From the NCBI GenBank assembly GCA_964654465.1, contig CAZZIO010000044.1:1-45631 (forward strand): a stretch of 45,631 nt of DNA, given 5' to 3'. The notes beneath the pieces were generated by a model. It was not told where the DNA came from. It did not search any database and saw only the letters and a list, made by a program, of their open reading frames with translations. Position 1 is the first letter of the stretch. Every line of letters begins with the position of its first letter. Position numbers and translations under genes: made by a program. Origin of the DNA: an uncultured Dictyoglomota bacterium (GTDB lineage: Bacteria > Dictyoglomota > Dictyoglomia > Dictyoglomales > Dictyoglomaceae). Below, in pieces: positions 29,688-39,022 of this stretch.

Positions 29688-31751
29688 TTATTTAAAATTT
29701 AAGCTATCAATGAGAAGGTTTCCAGAGATTTTATTGTTTAATCCAACTAAATAGATGCTAGCTAATCTAATAGGAATTTTGGGAGTATTTTTATTTATAG
29801 ATATTAAAGGTCTTATTTCTGTGAGATCTTTATTAATAGTTGTCCATTTATTAAAGTTATATTGTAGTGTTGTTGTTAGATCCATTACCCATGGGGTTCC
29901 ATCGTCATCATAAAATAATAACCTAATCCAGCCATTTCCTTGCCCTTTTAGTGCAATAGAGAGGGAAATTTTATCAGGAGGAATTGATATATTTAAATCA
30001 ACATAGATAAAAGAATTTTCTTCTTTTGAATCATAAACTAACATAAAAGAACTTTTTCCTGTGTATGCATCTGATGTAAGTTTGTAAAATGTACTATCAG
30101 GATTATAATTTTTTCCCCTTATATTCCATTTCTTGTCTTCTTCAAAATCTTCTATTATATTTGGCACAATTTCTATTGTATAAGTCGCAGAAAGATTATT
30201 GAATGTATACGTTATGGTTGTAATTCCTGGGTTAATAGCAGTTAATCCCTTTCCATTTCTCCTGAAATAATTAGGGTCAAATTTTAATCCGTCTAATGAA
30301 AGAATCTTTTCCCTTTGAAGATTATCTATAGCATATATTTTAGGGAGAATACTATCCCCCAAGTATACTTTATCCTCATCAATCTCTATTTTTAATGCTA
30401 CATAGTCCCATACATATATTTTTTTAGAAGCCTCCAAATTGGATAAATAAATTGTTAGACTTGATTCTCCTAATTCCCTTCCTTCTACCTCTAATATTGA
30501 GGGATTAAAGTTTATATTATCATTGGCTATGGTCCATGTTAACATTGTATATGTAATAGAATAGGGATGATAATTTTCATCTTGAAGTAATAGCTCCAAT
30601 TTTAATTTTTCTCCTTTTCTTATATAGATATCGTCCTTTTCTTTAAAGCTTAGATATGTAGGATTTTTGTAAGGATAGTTATTTTTAACTCCTATTCCTA
30701 CTGGAACACTTCTTTCTGATACTTGGTTGATTAAATTTCCCCAAATTATTTTTTGACTTGATCCTCCCCCATCAAGATTAATAGCATCTCTAATACCCAT
30801 ATTTTTTACAAGTTCACATGTTTCTGGAATAGAAAGACCTGAGGAATTATTATTTCTCCCTTCTATCACTATAAAGAAAATTTTATCATCTGTAATTCCT
30901 ACAACAGTACGAGGATGTCTTGAGTTGATGATATTTGAGTTGAAAGGAATTTCTCCTGTTTTATCTAATACGATTTCACCATTTTTTATAAGAATAGGTC
31001 CTCCACATACTGCTTCTTTTAACCTTATAGGAGGATTACTTTCAACTATTATTTCTATTTTTTTATTTAAACTAAAGAAAGGAAGATATTTTAAGGCAGT
31101 ACCTCCTAAAGATATAATACAAGAATTATCTTTAATAATAGATTTTTTTACCCCATAATATATGTTAGAAATTTTGCCTGAGGTTGTACCTAAGGATGGA
31201 ATTTTATCATCTAAACTTACTTCTATATCAACTCCGGCTACTGCATTATCTAATATTTTGGTCTCTTTTCCAAAGAATTTAGTGAAAATTGTGATTTGGT
31301 CTGCCCCACGAGGAGAGTTTAAGTTATTAATTGGTATTATTGTATTGTCAATTTTTAATTTTATGTTGATATTAAAAATATCTATAATAGCTTTATTGTC
31401 TGAGGTTATTCCAAAGACCCCCCTTTTTATAGGTAAATGTAACAGTTCATAATTCTTAACTACAAGTCCAACAGGCTCTTTACTATTAGGATCAAAGAAG
31501 TTTGCGTTAATAATAATATCGTAGTTCTTTTCTTTTAATACATCTGAAAGTTTTGTGTTTGTTACCACTGTTTCTATGTCTAATAAAGAATCGAATTGAT
31601 TTATTGAAGTAATGTGATATACTAAACCATCTGATGTAACCTTTTTATACTCTATAGAAGGAGCTATATAAAAGCTTTCTGCTCCTAATATATAGGATAC
31701 TAAAAGTAGGATAAAAATTAGGGGTTGTATAAATTTAATTGCCTTACTCAT
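29688..31751 (-). CDS. Secreted phosphodiester glycosidase (NAGPA/DUF2233) with C-terminal Ig-like and possible carbohydrate-binding domains
   Basis: Signal peptide, INANFF, GGPIL, HPRTVVG, INLDGGGSS; C-terminal IIEDFE...GNLLIDSL beta-sandwich pattern. Confidence 0.85.
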   Translation of the reverse strand: MSKAIKFIQPLIFILLLVSYILGAESFYIAPSIEYKKVTSDGLVYHITSINQFDSLLDIETVVTNTKLSDVLKEKNYDIIINANFFDPNSKEPVGLVVKNYELLHLPIKRGVFGITSDNKAIIDIFNINIKLKIDNTIIPINNLNSPRGADQITIFTKFFGKETKILDNAVAGVDIEVSLDDKIPSLGTTSGKISNIYYGVKKSIIKDNSCIISLGGTALKYLPFFSLNKKIEIIVESNPPIRLKEAVCGGPILIKNGEIVLDKTGEIPFNSNIINSRHPRTVVGITDDKIFFIVIEGRNNNSSGLSIPETCELVKNMGIRDAINLDGGGSSQKIIWGNLINQVSERSVPVGIGVKNNYPYKNPTYLSFKEKDDIYIRKGEKLKLELLLQDENYHPYSITYTMLTWTIANDNINFNPSILEVEGRELGESSLTIYLSNLEASKKIYVWDYVALKIEIDEDKVYLGDSILPKIYAIDNLQREKILSLDGLKFDPNYFRRNGKGLTAINPGITTITYTFNNLSATYTIEIVPNIIEDFEEDKKWNIRGKNYNPDSTFYKLTSDAYTGKSSFMLVYDSKEENSFIYVDLNISIPPDKISLSIALKGQGNGWIRLLFYDDDGTPWVMDLTTTLQYNFNKWTTINKDLTEIRPLISINKNTPKIPIRLASIYLVGLNNKISGNLLIDSLNFK

Positions 31752-31758
31752 ATTTAAT

Positions 31759-31787
31759 ATTATATCTTATGAGCTTTCTCTTGACAA
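31759..31787 (-). promoter_or_regulatory. Promoter for a probably leaderless phosphodiester glycosidase mRNA
   Basis: Minus strand TTGTCA (31787-31782), 17 bp, TATAAT (31764-31759), 7 nt, ATG at 31751; no SD. Confidence 0.7.
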
Positions 31788-31809
31788 AAAATATATTTTT
31801 AAATATAAT
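31781..31809 (+). promoter_or_regulatory. Consensus sigma70 promoter of the his operon
   Basis: TTGACA (31781-31786), 17 bp, TATAAT (31804-31809). Confidence 0.88.
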
Positions 31810-31810
31810 C

Positions 31811-31840
31811 TTTATTGCTTTAATAATTTAAAGTGATAAA
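31811..31840. promoter_or_regulatory. Palindromic operator resembling a HisR box
   Basis: TTTATTGCTTTA-ATAATT-TAAAGTGATAAA, 10/12 inverted-repeat match, over the predicted start site; core TGCTTTA-N6-TAAAGTG. Confidence 0.7.
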
Positions 31841-31843
31841 TAA

Positions 31844-32869
31844 ATGAAGAGTATAAACATAGAAAATATAATTAGAAAAGAGTTAGAACTTTGGGGGTAT
31901 ACAGAGATTAGAATCCCTATAGTTTCAGAAAATTTATGGGGAAATGAAAACCTATTATTTTTTGAAAAAAATGGTAAATTGTTATCTCTTCGTCCAGAAA
32001 TGACCTCTGAAATATTAAGAAATATAAAAAGGGAAAACTTCCCTATTAGACTTTTTTATATGGGACCTGTCTTTAGCCTTAACGGATATAGTATAGAAGA
32101 AAAATTTCAAATCGGTTGGGAACTTATATATTCACCTTCTCTTTGGAGAGATTTAGAGATATTATTAACCATTAAAAATATATTTAAAAAAATAGGCATA
32201 GAAAATTATATTATTGAAATAAGTAACACAAACATTTGGAATTTTTTAAGAAAATATATTAAAGAAGAGGAGATTAAGAGTTTAAAAAATCTTTTACTAA
32301 TAAAAGATTATGTATCTCTAATGGAATATTTAGAGAAACTTTCTTTATCAACAAATGTTTTAAATGATATTAAAAAACTCCTATTTTTTGAAGATAGTTA
32401 TTCCTTTTATGATAAAGATTTAAATGATGAACTTAAGTCATTAAACTCTTTTAAAAGAGAGTTGATAAACTTAGGATATTCATCGGAATCTATATTAATA
32501 AATCCAGCTTTTATTAGACCTTTTGAATACTATAACGGACTAATATTTGAGGTTTATTTGGAGGATATGAAGCAAGCCTTAGGAGGGGGAGGAAGTTATG
32601 TGGCCACGAATAAAAATGGGGAAAAAATTTTTGGTACAGGTTTTGCTTTTGTAGAAGAAGATTTGTTAAAAAATATAAATGATCATAACCAGAAAATTAA
32701 TAAAAAATATTATGTTTGTTCTGAAAAGGATTTTCATAAAATTCAGAAATTGATTGAGGAAGAAAGAAGGAAGGGTAATATTGCTGTTTTTGTACCTAAG
32801 GAATTAGAAGGTTTAAATATAAAAGAATTAGAAAAGGATGGTGAGATCATATTAATAGAGAACCTTTAA
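31844..32869 (+). CDS. hisZ: ATP phosphoribosyltransferase regulatory subunit
   Basis: HisRS-like: WGYTEIRIP, LRPEMT, RLFYMGPVF, QIGWEL, YYNGLIFE, GGGSY, GFAF; precedes short-form hisG. Confidence 0.9.
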   Translation: MKSINIENIIRKELELWGYTEIRIPIVSENLWGNENLLFFEKNGKLLSLRPEMTSEILRNIKRENFPIRLFYMGPVFSLNGYSIEEKFQIGWELIYSPSLWRDLEILLTIKNIFKKIGIENYIIEISNTNIWNFLRKYIKEEEIKSLKNLLLIKDYVSLMEYLEKLSLSTNVLNDIKKLLFFEDSYSFYDKDLNDELKSLNSFKRELINLGYSSESILINPAFIRPFEYYNGLIFEVYLEDMKQALGGGGSYVATNKNGEKIFGTGFAFVEEDLLKNINDHNQKINKKYYVCSEKDFHKIQKLIEEERRKGNIAVFVPKELEGLNIKELEKDGEIILIENL

Positions 32870-33477
32870 TAAGAATAGCTCTTCCTACGGGGAGAATGTT
32901 AGAACAAGCATTAAATTTCTTAAAGATTTTAGATCCATCATTAGAGGATGATGTTTCAAACAGGAAATTGAAGTTCAAAGGAGAAAGGTTTGAAATCTTT
33001 TTGGCTAAACCATGGGATCTCCCATTATATGTGGAGGAGAGAGTTGCTGATTTGGGAATTATAGGTAGGGACATAATAATAGAACAAGAAAGGAAAGTGG
33101 TCTCATTGATTAAACTTCCTTTTGGATATTGTAAAATGGTACTTGCAGGCTTTCCTGAAGATAAGAATTTGGAAGAAGTGAAAATTGCGTCTAAGTATGT
33201 AAATATTACAAGGAGATATCTCAATAATCGTTGGAATAGAATAAAAATAATAAAACTTAACGGATCTGTTGAATTGGGTCCTATTTTAAATATATCAGAT
33301 TATATTGTGGATTTAGTAGAAACAGGTCGAACATTAAAAGAAAATGGGCTTGTTGTTAAAGAAATTCTTTTTGAATCTTCTGCATGTTTAATAGCTAATA
33401 TATCCAGTTATGTATGGAAAAGAAAGGAAATATCAGATATTCTGAAAGAGGTGGAGAACATTTATGAAAATAATTAA
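32851..33477 (+). CDS. hisG: ATP phosphoribosyltransferase, short form (probable ATT start)
   Basis: DLGIIGRD, IASKY, GSVELGP, DLVETGRTL; in-frame IRIALPTGR motif lies upstream of the first ATG (32896), so start placed at ATT 32851. Confidence 0.93.
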   Translation: MNREPLIRIALPTGRMLEQALNFLKILDPSLEDDVSNRKLKFKGERFEIFLAKPWDLPLYVEERVADLGIIGRDIIIEQERKVVSLIKLPFGYCKMVLAGFPEDKNLEEVKIASKYVNITRRYLNNRWNRIKIIKLNGSVELGPILNISDYIVDLVETGRTLKENGLVVKEILFESSACLIANISSYVWKRKEISDILKEVENIYENN

Positions 33478-34720
33478 AGGTTATGAATTTAATCCTTTTC
33501 TTTTAGCAGAAGATAAGGAAAAAGAGATCGATAAAATTGAAAAAGATGTGGAAGAAATAATAAGATTAGTTAAAGAAAAGGGGGATGAAGCTTTATATGA
33601 GTTTTCATTAAGATTTGATAATTTTGATATAAAGAAAAATGGATTAAAAATCTCTGTACCTGATAAGGTTGAGGTTTCATCAGATTTTGCAGAAGCTATA
33701 GATATAATGATAAAAAGGGTTCAGAATTTTTATAGCCATGAATATAAAAATTCTTGGTTTTATACTGAAAATGGAAGCTTATTAGGGCAACTATTAGTAC
33801 CAATGGAGAAGGTTTTATTATATGTTCCAGGAGGTAGAGCATCCTATCCGTCTACTGTTGTTATGGGTACTATCCCTGCTAAAATAGCTGGAGTAAAAGA
33901 TATTTATATAACTACTCCTCCAAGCAAAAAAGATGATAAAAATCTTCTTTATACTCTTAATAAACTTGGTATAAAGGAGTTGTATCTATTAGGTGGAGCT
34001 CATGCCATAGCTGCTTTTTCTTATGGTACTTACTCTGTTCCTAAAGTAGATATGATTATTGGACCTGGAAATTTATATGTGGCTATTGCTAAAAAGAAGG
34101 TTTTTGGAGATGTGGGAATAGATGGTATATTTGGTCCCAGTGAGGTTTGTGTATGGTTGAAATCAGAAGATATAGATATAAATATAGTGGTGTGTGATTT
34201 TTTAGCCCAGTTAGAACATTCACCTTTTGATCGTGGCTGGTTAATATTAGACGAAAAAAGACTTAATCTTGTAGTTGAGAAAATAGAAGAAGAAATAAAT
34301 AAGTCATCAAGAAGAGATATCTTAGAAAAATCCATTAAAAATGCTTATATTATAGTGGAAGAAAGGGAAGAAAAAGCCATAGAGATTATAAATACTATAG
34401 CTCCAGAACATTTAGAGGTTGTGGATCCTAATGGAGAAAGATTTTTACCTTACATAAAGAATGCAGGGGTTATTTTTATAAATCAGTCTTCTATTTTTGG
34501 GGATTTTATTGCAGGGCCAAATCATATTCTTCCTACTGGTGGTTCTGCAAGATTTTCTTCAGGTTTAAATGTTAATATGTTTTTAAAAAGAATAAGTTTT
34601 GTAAAATTAACTGATGAAGATAAAGAAAGATTATCATATTTTGGAAGTATAATGGCAAGAGAAGAGGGTTTTGATATGCATGAAAAGAGTCTAAAAAACT
34701 ACTTTAAGAAAGGAGATTAG
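33464..34720 (+). CDS. hisD: Histidinol dehydrogenase
   Basis: YVPGGRASYPSTV, GPGNLYV, GPSE, QLEH, APEHL, GPNHILPT. Confidence 0.97.
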   Translation: MKIIKGYEFNPFLLAEDKEKEIDKIEKDVEEIIRLVKEKGDEALYEFSLRFDNFDIKKNGLKISVPDKVEVSSDFAEAIDIMIKRVQNFYSHEYKNSWFYTENGSLLGQLLVPMEKVLLYVPGGRASYPSTVVMGTIPAKIAGVKDIYITTPPSKKDDKNLLYTLNKLGIKELYLLGGAHAIAAFSYGTYSVPKVDMIIGPGNLYVAIAKKKVFGDVGIDGIFGPSEVCVWLKSEDIDINIVVCDFLAQLEHSPFDRGWLILDEKRLNLVVEKIEEEINKSSRRDILEKSIKNAYIIVEEREEKAIEIINTIAPEHLEVVDPNGERFLPYIKNAGVIFINQSSIFGDFIAGPNHILPTGGSARFSSGLNVNMFLKRISFVKLTDEDKERLSYFGSIMAREEGFDMHEKSLKNYFKKGD

Positions 34721-34724
34721 GTAA

Positions 34725-35777
34725 TTGGGTTGGAAAGATATTATTAAAAGTGATTATAAGGGTTATAAGGTAAATATTCCTGATCTTCCTATAAAACTCT
34801 CAAGAAATGAAAATCCTTATGATATACCATTATACATTAAGGAAGAAATTTTAAAAAAGTTAGCTGAAACCCCATGGAATAGATATCCAGATGGTAGTGC
34901 TAAAAACCTTAAAAATAAGCTTTCAGATTTTTTAGGGGTAAGTCCTGAGAATTTACTTTTAGGTACAGGCTCAGGAGAGGTTATACAAATCATTTTTAAT
35001 GGGCTGTTGATAGAAGGAGATAAAGTTGTTCTTCCTATTCCTACTTTTCCTTTATATGAAAAATTGCTTCAGCAAAAAAATGTTAGGATTATAAAAACAT
35101 ATCTTAATGAAAAAGATTTTTCATTAGATTTTGAAAAGCTAAGAGAAACCTTTAAGAATAGTCCAAAGCTTTTAATTTTGACAAATCCCAACAATCCTAC
35201 TGGTAATTTTCTTATAAAAGAAAAGGATTTAGAAAAAATCTCTGATTTCTCTGGTTTTGTATTGATAGATGAAGCTTATTTTGAATTCTCTGGTTTAACT
35301 TTTCTTCCTTATATTAATCAATTACCAAATCTTTTAATTTTAAGAACTTTTTCTAAAGCCTTTTCTTCTGCAGGAATAAGATTAGGATACCTTATCGCTA
35401 ACTCAAGGGTAATAGAATATTTGGATAATTTTAGACTGCCATATAATTTAAACATTTTTTCTCAGATTGCAGGGGAAATTCTTCTTTCTTATTGGGACTA
35501 TTTAAAAGATAAGATTGATATAATTAAAAAGGAAAAGGAAAGAGTTTATAAAGAGATGAAAACTATGGAGGGAATAATTGTATATCCTTCTCTTACCAAT
35601 TTTATACTCTTTAGATCTGATAAGAAGGATGAAATCTTGAAACGATGTCAAGAAAATGGTATCTCTTTAAGGGATTTTAGTAAAGAACCCCTTTTAGAAA
35701 ATTGTTTAAGGGTATCAATAGGAGATAGAAAAGAGAATGATCTTTTCTTAAAAATATTAAGTGAGGTGCTTTCATGA
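34725..35777 (+). CDS. hisC: Histidinol-phosphate aminotransferase
   Basis: LSRNENP, NRYPD, NPNNPTG, DEAY, RTFSKAF, RLGY; TTG start after AGGAG. Confidence 0.96.
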   Translation: MGWKDIIKSDYKGYKVNIPDLPIKLSRNENPYDIPLYIKEEILKKLAETPWNRYPDGSAKNLKNKLSDFLGVSPENLLLGTGSGEVIQIIFNGLLIEGDKVVLPIPTFPLYEKLLQQKNVRIIKTYLNEKDFSLDFEKLRETFKNSPKLLILTNPNNPTGNFLIKEKDLEKISDFSGFVLIDEAYFEFSGLTFLPYINQLPNLLILRTFSKAFSSAGIRLGYLIANSRVIEYLDNFRLPYNLNIFSQIAGEILLSYWDYLKDKIDIIKKEKERVYKEMKTMEGIIVYPSLTNFILFRSDKKDEILKRCQENGISLRDFSKEPLLENCLRVSIGDRKENDLFLKILSEVLS

Positions 35778-36334
35778 GAAAAGCCAGCATTGAAAGAGAG
35801 ACAAAGGAAACATATATAAAGATAGATATAAATCTAGATGGAACAGGAAACTTTGATGGAGAATATCCTATTCCTTATTTTAAACATCTTTTAACTGCCC
35901 TTTCTTTTTATGCGCAATGGGATGTAAATATTATAGCCAAAGGAGATATAGAGGTAGATCCTCATCACTTAATAGAAGATACAGGAATAGTTTTAGGGGA
36001 GGCTTTTATTACTGCAATAAAAGATTCCAATTTTAATAGATTTTCACAGAGAATTATTCCTATGGATGATGCTCTTGTGATGGTAGTAATAGATATTAGT
36101 GGAAGGCCTTATTTTTCTTTTAGGGATGATGGAGAACTTCTAAAAGGTGGACTTGTAAAAGAGTTTCTAAGAGCTTTTGTAAATAAGGCAGGTATTACAC
36201 TGCATATTTGGATTCTTTCAGGGGAAAATACACATCATATTGAAGAGGCAATTTTTAAGGGTTTAGGTCTTGCTATTAAAGATGCAAGTCAAATTATAGA
36301 TAGTCTAAGATCTACAAAGGGAAGGATATTATGA
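35774..36334 (+). CDS. hisB: Imidazoleglycerol-phosphate dehydratase (monofunctional)
   Basis: RETKET, DPHHLIED, PMDDAL, NTHHIEEAIFK, STKG. Confidence 0.97.
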   Translation: MRKASIERETKETYIKIDINLDGTGNFDGEYPIPYFKHLLTALSFYAQWDVNIIAKGDIEVDPHHLIEDTGIVLGEAFITAIKDSNFNRFSQRIIPMDDALVMVVIDISGRPYFSFRDDGELLKGGLVKEFLRAFVNKAGITLHIWILSGENTHHIEEAIFKGLGLAIKDASQIIDSLRSTKGRIL

Positions 36335-36933
36335 AAGTTGTAATTATAGACTATTTGAGTGGTAATCTTTTTAGTATTTTGAAGGCTTTAAAATATATAG
36401 GAGTAGAGACCATAGTAAGTAAAGATCCTGAAGATTGGTTTAGAGGAGATGCAGTTGTATTTCCAGGCCAAGGAAATTTTGCTCAAGCTATATCGGAGCT
36501 AAAAAAAGATTCGAGAGATGAAGCATTAAAAGAGATTCTTAAAAATAAATATTTTTTAGGTATCTGTTTAGGACTTCAGATTTTATTTGAAGAAAGTGAA
36601 GAATCTAAATTGGAAAAAGGATTAGGTGTTTTCAAGGGAAAAGTGAAAAAATTACCTGCCAAAAAAATTCCTCATCTTGGATGGAATAATGTAGAATTTG
36701 AAAAGCATGGTAGACTTCTAAATGGAATTCCAAATAACTCATTCTTCTATTTTGTTCATTCTTATTATGTTAATCCTAAGGAAGATATTGTAATTGGTTT
36801 AACAGAATATTCAATAAAATTTCCATCCTACATAGAAAAAGAAAATATTTTTGGAGTCCAATTTCATCCTGAAAAAAGTAGTAGTTATGGAATAAAGCTA
36901 TTAGAAAATTTTATTAAGGAGTGTAAAAAATGA
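36331..36933 (+). CDS. hisH: Imidazole glycerol phosphate synthase glutaminase subunit
   Basis: GICLGLQ, PHLGWN, YFVHSY, QFHPEKS. Confidence 0.97.
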   Translation: MKVVIIDYLSGNLFSILKALKYIGVETIVSKDPEDWFRGDAVVFPGQGNFAQAISELKKDSRDEALKEILKNKYFLGICLGLQILFEESEESKLEKGLGVFKGKVKKLPAKKIPHLGWNNVEFEKHGRLLNGIPNNSFFYFVHSYYVNPKEDIVIGLTEYSIKFPSYIEKENIFGVQFHPEKSSSYGIKLLENFIKECKK

Positions 36934-37658
36934 TTGTCATTCCTGCTATTGATATTTTCGGAATGAAAGCTGTTAGGATGGAAATGGGTAAAAAGGAAAA
37001 GATTGTTTTAGAGTTTGATAATCCTATTGAACTTGCAAAATATTGGTATTTAAAAGGAGCAAAGGCTCTACATGTTATAGATTTACAATCTGCCATAGAT
37101 AACAATGATGAGAATAAGGAAATTATAAAGAGAATAATAGAGGAAATAGATATTCCTGTTGAGGTAGGAGGGGGATTTAGAAGTTATGAAAAAATAAAAA
37201 ACGCATTAGATTGGGGTGTTTGGAGAGTTATTGTGAGTAGTATTTTAGTGGAGGACATAAATTTACTTAAAAGGATATTCGATGAATTTCCAGAGAAAAT
37301 TATACCAAGTTTAGATTGGAAAGAAGGAAAGATTGGAATAAAAGGGTGGAAAAATTTTATTGAATGGGATGATATTAAAGAAAAATTTGAAACGTTAAAT
37401 ATTAAAGAAGTTATCTTTACTGATATATCGCGTGACGGTACATTGAAAGGTATAAACATATCTCATATTAATAACTTTTTGAATTTAAACAATTGGGATA
37501 TTTGGGTTGCAGGAGGGATCTCCTCTATAGAAGATGTCATAAAGATCAAGGAATTAGCAAAGGTAACAGGGAGAATAAAAGGCATAATTGTGGGAAGAGC
37601 TCTTCTTGAAGGAAGGTTAGATTGGGAGGAGGTTAATCAAATTATAAATGCTGGCTAA
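36930..37658 (+). CDS. hisA: ProFAR isomerase
   Basis: IPAIDI, LHVIDL, VGGGFR, TDISRDGTL, AGGISS, GRAL. Confidence 0.96.
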   Translation: MIVIPAIDIFGMKAVRMEMGKKEKIVLEFDNPIELAKYWYLKGAKALHVIDLQSAIDNNDENKEIIKRIIEEIDIPVEVGGGFRSYEKIKNALDWGVWRVIVSSILVEDINLLKRIFDEFPEKIIPSLDWKEGKIGIKGWKNFIEWDDIKEKFETLNIKEVIFTDISRDGTLKGINISHINNFLNLNNWDIWVAGGISSIEDVIKIKELAKVTGRIKGIIVGRALLEGRLDWEEVNQIINAG

Positions 37659-38403
37659 GAGAATAATTCCGTGTTTAGATACTATTGGAAAACAGGTCGT
37701 TAAAGGAACAAGTTTTAGAAATATTAGAGTTGTAGGAGATGCTAAGGAATTTGCTCATCGGTACGAGAGAGAAGGTGCGGATGAGTTGGTTTTATTAGAT
37801 ATAACAGCCAGTGAGGAAAACAGGAAAACTTTTATTGAGGTAGTTTCAGAAGTAGCAGAAGAACTTTTTGTTCCTTTGACAGTAGGAGGAGGTATAAGAG
37901 ATATAGAAGACGTAAGAAATCTTCTTAAGGCTGGAGCTGACAAAGTTTCTATTAATACTTCTGCTGTCAAAAATCCTGATCTTATAAATAAAATAGTAGA
38001 AGAATTTGGAAGTCAATGTTTGGTTGTAGCTATAGATGTAAAGAGAAGAAATAATAGAGAGTGGGAAGTTTATGTTAAAGGGGGTAAAGAGCCGACAGGT
38101 ATAAATTTTAAGGATTGGATACAGGAAGTAGAAAAAAGAGGGGCTGGTGAAATTCTTTTAACAAGTATTGATGCAGATGGGCATCAGGCTGGATATGATT
38201 TTGAACTTTTAGAGTTGGCTTTAAATTACTGTAATCTTCCTCTTATTGCTTCAGGTGGTGCAGGTAATTTGGAGGATTTATATAAAGCCCTTTATATTGG
38301 AGTTGATGCAGTACTTGCTGCTTCTATTTTTCATTTTGGAACATATAGTATTAGGGAAGTAAAAGAATACTTAAAAGAAAGGGGTATATGGATAAGATTA
38401 TGA
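37648..38403 (+). CDS. hisF: Imidazole glycerol phosphate synthase cyclase subunit
   Basis: [47 protein letters not shown]. Confidence 0.98.
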   Translation: MLAKRIIPCLDTIGKQVVKGTSFRNIRVVGDAKEFAHRYEREGADELVLLDITASEENRKTFIEVVSEVAEELFVPLTVGGGIRDIEDVRNLLKAGADKVSINTSAVKNPDLINKIVEEFGSQCLVVAIDVKRRNNREWEVYVKGGKEPTGINFKDWIQEVEKRGAGEILLTSIDADGHQAGYDFELLELALNYCNLPLIASGGAGNLEDLYKALYIGVDAVLAASIFHFGTYSIREVKEYLKERGIWIRL

Positions 38404-39014
38404 ATATAGATGATCTTATTAAAGATTTAAAATATGATGAGAAAGGATTAATACCAGTTATTGTACAAGATTATAAAACAGGGAAAGTTTTGATGTTAGC
38501 ATACATGAATGAAGAAGCACTAAAGAGAACAATTGAGACAGGCGAAGCATGGTATTTTAGTAGAAGTAGAAATGCCCTTTGGCATAAAGGGGAAACCTCA
38601 GGACATTTTCAGAAGGTTATAGATATAGCAGTTGATTGTGATAAGGATACTATTCTTTTATTAGTAGAGCAAATAGGAGTAGCTTGTCATACAGGTAATT
38701 TTTCCTGTTTTTACAGAGCAAAAAATTCAGGAGATAGTTTTCTCTTTTATCTTGAGAAATTTTTGAGAGATCGAAAGGAAAAACTTCCAGGAGAGTCTTA
38801 TTCTGCAAAACTGTTTAAAGAAGGGAAAGACAGAATTCTTCAGAAGTTAGGAGAAGAGACAGTTGAGACTATAATAGCAGGGATGAAGAACAATAGAAAT
38901 GATTTTATCTATGAAAGTTCTGATCTTTTATTTCACCTTTTATTAGTACTTGTAGAAGAGAATATAGGGTTAAAGGATATCATTGAGGAATTAATTAGAA
39001 GGCATAGAGCTTAA
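38400..39014 (+). CDS. hisIE: Bifunctional phosphoribosyl-AMP cyclohydrolase / phosphoribosyl-ATP pyrophosphatase
   Basis: [26 protein letters not shown] then KLGEE, DLLFH; start 38400 (ATGA overlap) or 38388. Confidence 0.96.
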   Translation: MNIDDLIKDLKYDEKGLIPVIVQDYKTGKVLMLAYMNEEALKRTIETGEAWYFSRSRNALWHKGETSGHFQKVIDIAVDCDKDTILLLVEQIGVACHTGNFSCFYRAKNSGDSFLFYLEKFLRDRKEKLPGESYSAKLFKEGKDRILQKLGEETVETIIAGMKNNRNDFIYESSDLLFHLLLVLVEENIGLKDIIEELIRRHRA

Positions 39015-39022
39015 GTTGGTTT

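Noticed and set aside
32896..33477. hisG as an N-terminally truncated pseudogene
   Set aside because: The missing conserved motif is present in frame upstream of the ATG, so a non-canonical start fits better
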